Of a DNA stretch of 64,000 nucleotides, positions 53,632-64,000 are shown piece by piece (within the stretch, counting starts at the first letter, position 1; each line of letters begins with the position of its first letter). The translations under genes were made by a program, and so were the position numbers. The notes under the pieces are model-generated. The model was not told the origin of the DNA and made no database searches. It worked only from the letters and a program-made list of their open reading frames with translations. The DNA comes from Octopus sinensis (taxonomy: Eukaryota): contig NC_042998.1 of NCBI RefSeq assembly GCF_006345805.1, positions 111,724,001 to 111,788,000 on the forward strand, read 5' to 3'.

Positions 53632-56293
53632 CTTCTCTCTCTCCCACCCCTTCCCTCTCTCCCAGGATTGGCTACGCTGCACTCTAAGAGGGATTGTGTG
53701 AGATCACTAGCAGTGCCTACAAGGCCATAATACAAGGGTGACTCTATTGACATAATTGCATATCTAAACAGTTTGGAAGAACCTCCTTTACTGGTGAGAT
53801 AATGCGGATGATAAATGATATTATCTAATACTTTAAAAATAATACTGTTAGATGGGTCCGAGTAATCAGTTAAAATCAATAGATTATGACAATATTATCT
53901 CATGTTACTCTGTTTACGGCCAGGTGTATAGGTTCAGGGAGTAGTATGAGAATAAGCGGAAGTAGAAGCTATTTTACTTTGGCTGTCATTTATTAAGACA
54001 CGATTGATGGACCTATAATAACGTTGACTGATCTTCATCAGTTACTGCAAAGATCGGACAAGTGAACAGTCTTAAATAGCAACTTGTAAGCTTGCGTAAT
54101 ATTTCTTCAAGAGTAAGACTAAATATCTTGCCCATCGATACGAAGTCGATAACACAAACTAGGTAGTTAAGGCACTTCATCTTTTTAAAATTAATCTTGA
54201 TTTTGTAGCTAGAGTACTTGTGATTCCTTAAAAGTTGATTTTAAAATCGTCGTTCTAGCATCATAGTTGTCAAGTAAATAACCATAAGATTTACAAGCCA
54301 TTGTAAAACATAAATAGCTTTCTGTAAAATGTCTGTACACGTAGCAAAACCAAAGAAACCATAGATAAACCAATTAGCTTCAAGGTTTTAAATAAAGCTG
54401 CCAGTCTATTGGTTGTTGTTGGTTGTGCATTTCTAATGCGAGGGAAAGAATCGTCTTACTAAGAGTTAATTTTAATTTTTATTATTTTTCATTAGAAAAG
54501 TAGAAGGGATGATATCATTTATTCTTTATGTATTTATTCAGTTCAATTTTCTATTCTTTTTCTTTCAACTATAGACTCCTTCGTGTTCGTATATCGCTGC
54601 TGTTTCGATCTTACTAAATCTCATCAATATGAAGTAATCAAGGATCAAGTGGGTTTATTAATTACATTACATTGTTTACTTTAATGAATGGAATATAATG
54701 AAAGCATATCATTTGGAGGAAGTCATTGTTGTTCATGATTCTTGAGTTATGTAGAATGAGGAAAAGCTGAATTTGAAACTTAAACTGAATTTGAAATTTA
54801 AGTACAGTTTCAAATATTGTTCAGAAAAATCTTAGGTTTTCTCCCCTGCAAAAACTGAGAATAATTGCAAAATCCCTTGTTGACTTGACACGACGGGTTA
54901 ACAAGGAGTCTCTACAGGTCCTTCAACCGGTTAGAAATTGCAACTAAATCTCTACTAATACACATTCTATCATCTTAGAAAAGAAAGAACTCATTGTCTA
55001 TATGATCCTTGATAAAATATAGCTGAATAAAAGTCTGGATGGTAATGAGTAGGATGTCATTGCTCAAAACAGAACTGGCCTAGGGATACATGACATCAGG
55101 TCTGGTATTATGTTTTGAAAGAAGAAACTGACATTATACTGTGTAGAGGCTGGCTGTTAGTCAGGTGTAAATTTGCATGAACTGTTGCTGAGGAAGATGA
55201 CATTTTTTTGCGATCTACAATTCTTAAACTTTACATTTTTGCATTTACCTGTAACTAGGATGTGTAACAATATACTTTAGAAATATTTACTTATCACAAG
55301 CTTTGATTACATGTTCACATTTATCTGTAGCTAGGATGTATAATTATATACGTAAAAATAGATAACTATGATAGTTCAAAACGCTTGACATCGTCACTTG
55401 TAATGTTTTCTTCACTTTCCGACAGACAAAATAAATAAATTAATTAATTAATAAATAAATAAATAAATAAATAAATAAAAACTATTTTCATTTCTAAATC
55501 GTAGTTAATGAAAGTTTAGACGGAAAAAAAAGTATATAAGCTAATTAAATAAATTTTAAAACAATTTCCAATCCTGTTGGAAATAATATAAATTATAAAT
55601 AAAGTCTTGATATGTAAGGGATATTTTGATATAATACATGGCGTAGAAAAAAACTTAATTCCTATACCTTATGGAATGTTAAGCAATTTCTTTTGTGTAT
55701 TGATTGTTAAATGCGGATCGCCAGATGATTCATTCTGGCTATTTGTTGGCGGACTGACATGATCGGGATTGTGGTACCAGTTGAATCGGCATGTTTTCAG
55801 TAAGTTCGTACTGCGCATAGTTTTAGAGCAGGGACGGAAATAATCATTAAATCACATATTCTAATGCTATGTTTTTTCATGAGATGAGATTCGTCTCTTT
55901 GCGGGACTTTGAGGATTAAAAATAGGATGGATAAATTTGTTTAAAAGAAAATTCAAGATTTTTAAGCTTGTCCAACATCATGGCCAAGAAAGGCAAATTA
56001 TATAGTTCCAAACTTACTTTTGTCTTCTCAATATTAAAAAGGTAGGAGAAACTGAAAATTTCACGATTATTAATTTTGTGAAGGACGGATATTTGTTCGA
56101 GAAATTCTGCTCTAAGGTATGCTGTGTAATTTTTTTTCTTTTCCTTCCTTAAAAGTCAGAATGCATTCACAAATAAAACAGGTGATTTTTAAAACAACGA
56201 GCAGAACGTCACAATAACAACAAATAAGTAACGGATTCTGGTAAAGGATCAAAATTCAAATTTGCTTCTGTACTTCTTGGAGTTTATACTTAC

Positions 56294-56392
56294 TGTAGTA
56301 ATAGTAGCAGTAGTACTAAGAGGGACAACGGTTTTAGTTGGAAGGAAGAGTTCAATTGGGTAATGGTCACTGACACTCATTGATTTCTCCTT
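56294..56392 (-). CDS. DNase I family protein, exon carrying the catalytic SDHYP motif (ends at a GTAAGT donor at 56293 or reads through to TGA 56251-56249)
   Basis: tatttcAG acceptor, phase 0; reads KEKSMSVSDHYPIELFLPTKTVVPLSTTATITT. Confidence 0.88.
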
Positions 56393-59300
56393 CTGAAATA
56401 AACATTGAATAGAGCAATAGCAATATATTAATAGTTAGATACGGACACCAAGATATGCATTCATGTACAGACACATTCACACAGCTGTATGTATATATGT
56501 TTGTATGTATGTATGTATGTATGTATGTATGTATGTATGTATGTATGTATGTATGTGTGCGTGTATGTATGTGTGTGTGCGTGCGTGCATGCATGTGTGC
56601 ATGTATGTATGTATGTATGTATGTAGTATGTATGTATGTATGTATGTATGTATGTATGTATGCGCGTGTGCATGTTTGAATGTATGTATGTATGTTTGTA
56701 TGTATGTATATGTGTGTGTGAGTGTGTGTATGTGTGTGTATGTGCGTGCGTGTGTGTGTATGAATTAACCTGATTCCATGCTACTTACCAAAGTCATGAA
56801 ACATTTTCCATTGACAAAACTTCATATCTAGCGACTAGCATTACTTAAAGTACAATTCTAAAATAAGATACAATCCACTGACCTTTGAAGTAGTGGTTAC
56901 TACCAGAACTACAGCGAGAAGCCTCTACATGATGACCCGACCCACTAAAGATAACAACCAAATATCTCTCAGCTCACATTCTACAATCTTGAAAAAGGAT
57001 ATGTTAGATAATGTGGTCCTCTGTTCCCAGCTTATAAGAAATAGACTGGATAATCACGACTGGAATGCCTTTCATCATAGACCCTCAATCTGTCAGGATG
57101 TCGAAGCTGCCTGTATTATTCAAACTACGATTGAATAATTGTGAATTTATTTGTATGAAACCAATATTATCGTATTAATAGCAATCTACTATTAAAAGAA
57201 AATATCTATCCATGACTGCCGTGTTGATCGCTCAGTCTTTAGTTCTTTAGTAAATATATGTGCGCGCGCGCGTATATTTATTGCTTATTTAAGCGGGTTG
57301 TTTATCTTGCGACCCGAGTTTCAGCTCCTGCGATTTTTCGGCGAGGTTTTCCATTTTCTAGTTTTAATTTTCAATATTTCAGAGAATGTCCGCTGAAAAG
57401 CTTCCATGTTTTGGTGAAATCAATAACTCCAGTCTTTCCCCATTCCTTTCCAAAGTTTAATTCCTCCTTCATGTCTTTCACTCTATCAAAAATTGTTTTG
57501 TACTAAGTGGCTTATCTTTTAATCAGCAGCTCTGATCGACCAGATTTTATGATCAAAAGTATTCCATTGGCGACTATTCCGTCTTTTATTTAATCATAAT
57601 CTACATTATACAATATACCAACCTTTTTTGTAAAAGACAGTAGGTTGTGATTTAAAGGAGATTTGGTTATCATTACTAGCAGGTTGAGCGACCACGTAGA
57701 AGCTTTCTCATTCCTAGAATCTATCGACTGCTACATGATCCTAGTTTCGTGTAATGTCACGGATCGATATTCTAGTTGCGTCTCAGGTTACGTTTGATAT
57801 GCTATTGTATAATACCAGTGGTGTCTCTACCTGTTGCCGACTGTTGATAACCAAATTTATTTCACGTTTAAGAAGTTCTATTATTATTATTTGTTTTTCG
57901 TAGAATCTCTTGTCATTTATGAGCCAGCGTTTATTTTCGCTTTCTACTGTGGTAAGCAAATGAAAGACAATATTTTTCTGTGACATGTTTAATCGAAAGG
58001 ATGCGGGAATTCTGCCCTACAAACTAATAGATCTTTCAACGAGATGCCAACTGCCTTTCTTTCAGATAGTTATTTGATATCTTTTCAATTTGACCATTCT
58101 GTGTGAGGCCTATTTGTATAAGGATAATCTTTATTATATTCTTCCAATTACAGTTGGTAATCTTGCTCGAAGTTCTTTTTCAAAATATCCTTCACCTCTG
58201 GTATACCACGAAAGCGACCTAGCAGCCGAAACCATTCCTTACAACTGGTAGAAATCAAAATCTTTCGCAATCCTATTAACCAAAATGAAGATTCAATAAA
58301 AGCCTTCAACATGTAGAAATTAATCTTCTTCCTGAGCAAAACAATGTAGCAGTATATTTTCTTACAAATATAATTTTAAAAGTATATATTAGGCTTTTGA
58401 GTATACGGTTCATAAAAATATAATAAAGATAACATTATGTGTAACTCTTATCAAACAACTTAGCCATCCTTGCTATAGTATATTGATTGTTTTCAAGTTC
58501 AATTTTTTAACGAACGGATGGGTCAAGATTACCTCAATCTTTACTATCAAGTGCCAACAAACTAAGCCATATGGACTTGCTTAATTCATTTCATCGACAT
58601 ATATAAGATTGGAAAACAATTATCGGAATGTCTTCAAAAGATATAATGTGTGGCGGTATATATTTACACAATATACTTCAAGACGGTAATTAACCCAGTT
58701 TAACTAATCATAATAGTCACTTAAAGGAAATGATTTCTTTTAAATTGTGTGTGTATGTGTGTGCGCAAGTATGTATGTGTGCACGCGTGTATATGTGTGT
58801 GTGCTCGTGTGTATAAAATGGTTTTGTATTATGTACATAGTGAGACCTAGAATAAAAACCGTACTGCTCTAATAACTGAGTCCAATTCACATTGGAGTTA
58901 GGCGACGTGCTCTGATTACCCACCAATCAGCTTACAGAAATATCACTCCATATCACAGGATGTTAAAATAATAATAATAATGAAATTATTGTATACAGTG
59001 CTCAGGTGCACCGCAACTTGTCAAAAGGTGCATATAAAGTATATGCAGTAATATACAAATGTCTGGAAAGCGAACAGTGTATGAGTCAGATACATGCTTG
59101 CGTGTGTATGGAGGGGAGAAAATCAGGTGTAGTGTTGGCGAATCTCAGAAAGCATGGACGTTTTGAAGGATGCAGTGCTCCGCCCAGAAAGCATGGAAGT
59201 TTTGAAGGATGCAGTGCTCCGACAGTGCTGTTCTATGGTTCTATGATGTTTCCCGCGCAAAAGGAATTATAAAAGTGAAAGCGCGTCTAAATCAGCAGAG

Positions 59301-59914
59301 ACATTGAGAAAGCCACCGGATTACACATGTCCTCACCTCTTGCTAAAAACAAGCCAGAAAATGACCATGTAGATGCCTCTCGTTGAATCGACATATTCTG
59401 GTAGTAACTACTGCAAAAGTGAATGACTTATGTCTTATTTTAGAATTTACTTAACATTAGCTACCTGATACGAGGTTACTAGTAGACGTATCTTGACTTT
59501 GGTAAATACCATGGAATCAAGTTAATCAATAAGAATAAAATAGCTACAACAAAAATCTCAACAAAAACTCAACTCTGAGTAACTCCTTGATGGTTTGTGT
59601 AGCCAAAAGTAATCACTAAAATTCATAAATGAACGTAAGTTTATGTACTGTAAGAAGAGGTGAGTTCAAGTGCTTTGAGCAGAGTCCTTTTTCAACACCT
59701 TCCAGCCTTTAGTCCACAGGTGTGTTGTTTCCCCACTATGCATTTTCTACTACTACAATATTGGCCTTTATTCCTCGGAGGTTGTTAGTCATATGTTGTC
59801 TTCACCCGATTCAGTTCTTAATTGACAGAAAATACCCCCAAATGTGTGTGAAATGGAGGAGTGATAAATATCTATTCGAATTTGTCCCCTTTTCTCCTCT
59901 GAATTTACGTAATA

Positions 59915-59915
59915 A

Positions 59916-59989
<74 letters not shown>

Positions 59990-60005
59990 CAACAATAATA
60001 ATAAC

Positions 60006-60068
<63 letters not shown>

Positions 60069-60095
60069 TAATAATGATGATGATGATGATGATTT
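59915..60095. repeat. (AAT)n/(GAT)n microsatellite
   Basis: Directly visible; source of the poly-I/L/Y ORFs. Confidence 0.95.
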
Positions 60096-60144
60096 CAAAT
60101 TTTAGCACAAGCCCATAACAACAACAACAATAACAATAATAGAA

Positions 60145-60660
60145 GTGTTATCACGTACATTGTTTTGTCTTGGTATAAAAGATGGGCTACAGCAAATATT
60201 CTGCTCAATACCACAGATTTGCTTGTCAGTTGTTTGAGCTTATCCAGTTGAGCATGTCCCTTAGTGGCTGACGATATGTGCATCTCTGATCACGAGCAGA
60301 AGTAGTGGGGGAGCATCATAGCCGTATGTTGAAAGGAATTCTTGGAGGTTTGGATAATTCACCTTCGGAAACATGGGTGTTTCGTTCAACATCCTTAAAC
60401 AATCCTTATTCAGGAACCTTTTGAGTGGAATGGGCTACTCGACCAGAAGAAAATTCTAACTGGGCCCCACCTGCAAATTCATGCGCTGTTTATCTTGATA
60501 TGAGATCACCATGTCGCGCACATTTGGTTGTGATGCATGTGCCTGGTGTACCCTTATCAGACGGGTAGTCATGATGGGTATACTGGGCTTCGTATATTTT
60601 ACCCCAGTGTCTCTTTGATGACATGCACTGCTCTCTCACTCAATAATAATAATAAAAATA
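60145..60660. mobile_element. Interspersed retro-type repeat bounded by (AAT)n tracts, unclassified
   Basis: GC-richer block between AAT runs in a DNase I intron; recognised as a common repeat only from memory. Confidence 0.4.
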
Positions 60661-61237
60661 ATAAGGAGGAGGAGGGTTTTAAGCATTTGAGAGACTGCTG
60701 AAAATTTGTGGCTCGTAATGTTACAGGTAGTAACCTGCTACTCACATAATTCCTACTGGGAATAAGACTGAATGTGAGCCAAACCAAAATGATAATTTTT
60801 CTGACATAGGCACAAAACCTGAAAGTTTGGGGAGGGGATAGTCGATTACATCGACTCCAGTACACGTCTGCTACTTATTACATCGACCCCAAAAAGATGA
60901 AAGGCAAAGTCGACCTCGGCTGAATTTGAACACAGAACAGAACGAAATGTCGCTCTGCATTTTGTCCTGTGAAGCCAACTCGCCGCATTCAATAATGATA
61001 ATAATAATTCTTTCTACGATAGGTACGAGGCCTGAACAGTTGTGGGAGGATCTAGTTGATCACACCGACCCCAGTGCGCCACTGGTACTTATTTCATCGA
61101 CTCCGAAAGGAAGAAAGGCATAGTCAGAACGTGAAACCGGAAGAAATGCCGCTAAGCAGTTTGTTTGGCGCGCTAACAATTCTGCCAGCTAGTCTCCCTA
61201 ATAATAATAATAAATAATGATAAAATTATTAACTTAC

Positions 61238-61325
61238 TGTGAGTTCGTATTCTGAGTCAAACTTAAATACCGAAGAATCACCAGATTTTGCTAGCTCAAT
61301 TAATTTTGCACCACCAATAATAAAT
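61238..61325 (-). CDS. DNase I family protein, next exon
   Basis: Pyrimidine tract + catAG acceptor, phase 2 matches the previous exon; reads (R)FIIGGAKLIELAKSGDSSVFKFDSEYELT then GTAAGT; aligns with DNase I RIVVAG...FDFQAAYGL. Confidence 0.85.
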
Positions 61326-63397
61326 CTATGAAAAAAGGAAAAAACTGAATGAAGAGACATGGAAATAAATCAATAAAACAACCAAGACATTCTAAACGAA
61401 TGTTATAACCAGAATAATTTAAATAGTTACAGTAATCAGAATATTGTAAAATCGATACAGTAATCAATACATAAACTGACAATAAGATATATCTATTTTA
61501 ATATCGTGTAGGTGTGTGGTTTAGTGGTTAGGGTGTCAGCATCATGATCGTAAGATTGTGGTTTCGATTCCTGGACCGAGCGACGCGTTGTGTTCTTGAG
61601 CAAAATACTTCATTTCACGTTGCTCCAGTCCACTCAGCTGGCAAAAATGTGTAACGCTGCGATGGACTGGCGTCCCATCCAGCTGGGGAACATATACGCC
61701 ACAGAAACCGGGAAACCGGGCCCATGAGTCTGGCTAGGTTTTAAAAGGGCGCATTTGTGGAGGCACGTGGTTTAGTGGTTAGGGTGTCAGCATCAAGATC
61801 GTAAGATTGTAGTTTTGATTCCTGGACCAGACGACGCCATAGAAACCGGGAATCCGGGCCCATGAGGCTGGCTAGGCTTTAAAAGGGCGCAAAAGAAAAG
61901 ATTTTAATATCACAACGTGATTAAAAGTATTGACTAAAATTCGAACTATTTTGAGGAAGTCTTTTCATCCTATTCTTTAAGGTTACGTAAGATTACATTA
62001 GCACCTATATATTTTCCTTTTTGTCTTTCTATTTTCTTTTTTTTTTTTAAAGAAATTTGGAAGTAACCTTATAGATGGTAGGCTGCTATTGTAACATGAC
62101 TACGCAGAAATTCTCTCGTTGGCTTCTGTCAAAACCGGTTCTTCATCTCGGTGAGAGATGTATGAGAGGCGAATTGCAAGTCCGCAAGAAACTAATTGGG
62201 AATGTTGCTGTTCTGAGGCAAATACTGAATGTTTCAATACACAGATTCATAGGCATGTAATCTACTACTGTTTTAGTCTTTAGGCTTAAACCGTTCTGTT
62301 CATATGCGACTTTTAGAGACTTCAGCAGTAGGTAGTTTGGGATTTAAATGCAGGTGAAATTTCACTGATCTAGGTTAGTAGTTCTGAACCTTGTTTTTGA
62401 CTGTCTCTCTCACAGCTACGATAAGTATCGGATCTCTTCCTCATATTTAAATATTTTTATTTATCCCATTAACACCAATAAATCTGTCTATCAGAAAATG
62501 GGAGAACTTTATATAATCACCACTTATTATAGTTATTCTGTTCTTCATGCAGAATTCAACTCTGGTAGATTTTCTCATGGCATTATTATTAATTACCCAC
62601 TTATTAAATATTTGTCATTCAGTGTCTTTGTTATGTCAGCCTTTCTAACGGTAAGTACAAGTAAAGATTATGCGACATCGAGGAACTCTAATAATATAGA
62701 AACGTATGCAGAATTGTTACTGTACTTGCTATTGATAAAACTCCCCTAATATTGTCCTTCATTCAGGTTTTAATCATTTTTAGGTCTCAGAGTTGTCACC
62801 CTTACCTTTCTTGAAAAGAATTGTCATTGACATTAATGAGTTTTCTTACCATTAGAGGTGTAATTTTAATTGATTAAGTTGTTTTGCTCACACTAAGTAT
62901 GTTAACTCACAATATATAACAATCTGTTATCTTACTATCAATGGTGAATTTCAGATCTTAAATTTGGAGTGTTTTGTTGTATTGCATTAGGAATAAACAA
63001 TTCTTTTTTGAAACATTAAAGTAAAACTCACATCCTCACCAAGCCTCCTTTTCGAAAACCCTATTGTTTCTCTTTAGTGGGTGAGGGGTTGCAAATGAAT
63101 TTTGGCCTTGAGCTTATTAAAAGTCATAGCTTGGGCAATATAATAGGTTGTCCTACTCGCTACATTTATAGCTTTGTGCTTATGCAGAATATTATTAGAT
63201 ATGTGAAATAATTTTGGTAAACATTCTGATGTGTATGTTTTGATTTTGAGTGAGGGTACATGGAAGTTTTAATTGCTTTGCTTATTAATCTGCATAATTG
63301 TCGGATTAAGTTTGAGACTGAGGTTTGTGAATAATTACATATATTGTTTCTATAAATAAAAAATAACAGAACATTAGAGAAAGAAAAATACATATAC

Positions 63398-63662
63398 CTG
63401 TCGTAAGAGCAGTCTGTAGCTGCTAGTGTTGTGTCCGTGCCATATTCTATTGGCCAGAAGTATTTGTCTGATTTGAGAGATAATGACTTCTCTTGTTTCT
63501 CTGATAGATATCTGCACCCGGCGTTGAAATCACCCATTGCAATGACAGTATCAATTTTGAATTTATTTTCTACCGCTTTAAAAACGTCAGCTAAGGCAGT
63601 AAGTTCACGAACGACAGTATCTGGGTCAACATGAAGGCCAATGATACCAATTTCTCTAACAG
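63398..63662 (-). CDS. Deoxyribonuclease I family protein, internal exon
   Basis: attacAG acceptor, GTATAT donor; reads VREIGIIGLHVDPDTVVRELTALADVF...IAMGDFNAGCRYLS...WPIEYGTDTTLAATDCSYDR, containing the DNase I catalytic His, GDFNA.C.Y and DTT....C.YDR motifs. Confidence 0.93.
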
Positions 63663-64000
63663 CTGTAATAGAATACAGTTTATGATAATAATTAGATACA
63701 TACCGTCATTTCAACATTATGAAAAACAAGTATCATAGTATTTAACATCCCTATGATACTGGTACTTATTTCAACAACCCTCGAACAAATGAAATACAGA
63801 GTCAATCTCGTCAGAATTTGAACTTAAAATATAGAGAAACCGCACTAAATACCGCAATTATTATGTCCACCGCTTTGCTAATTCTGTTAATCTTCCGCCA
63901 TTTATCATTTTAAAATTACCATATGCATAACAATATAATAAAGCTGACCAGCATTCTGATATTACCGTTGATTCGTTTACCATCATCGTAATGGTAATAC

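Noticed and set aside
55660-55820. Minus-strand 50-codon ORF containing SSGDPHL (VWD-like GDPH) as a possible further DNase exon
   Set aside because: Bounded by stops, no convincing in-phase acceptor and no other domain motifs; probably chance or UTR.

Overview
AT-rich, microsatellite- and retroelement-dense animal genomic DNA. The repeat inventory points to an octopod cephalopod (inference from memory of these repeat families). Two spliced protein genes can be reconstructed by hand. (1) An FBXO30/FBXO40-family F-box gene on + with coding exons 21417-21437, 22159-24012 and 25957-26160 (about 692 aa). (2) The 3' part of a DNase I-family gene on - with exons 63662-63398, 61325-61238 and 56392-56294/56249; its 5' exons lie beyond the window. 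Nearly all other listed ORFs are microsatellite or transposon artefacts. Mobile DNA includes several tRNA-derived SINE families, RTE-clade LINE fragments and tails, Penelope-like element (PLE) RT and GIY-YIG fragments, a HERO-like RLE non-LTR remnant, a deleted mariner and hAT-type MITEs. The most striking signal is a recurring head-to-head fold-back architecture tied to minimal hammerhead ribozyme (HHR) motifs. Two independent ~450-500 bp palindromes have arms made of tRNA-like Pol III head + (AAT)n + hammerhead + tail, a candidate Pol III-driven, PLE-mobilised retrozyme/SINE. A near-perfect 2.4 kb palindrome is built from a PLE endonuclease 3' end. About ten hammerhead-like motifs from several unrelated families are present overall.
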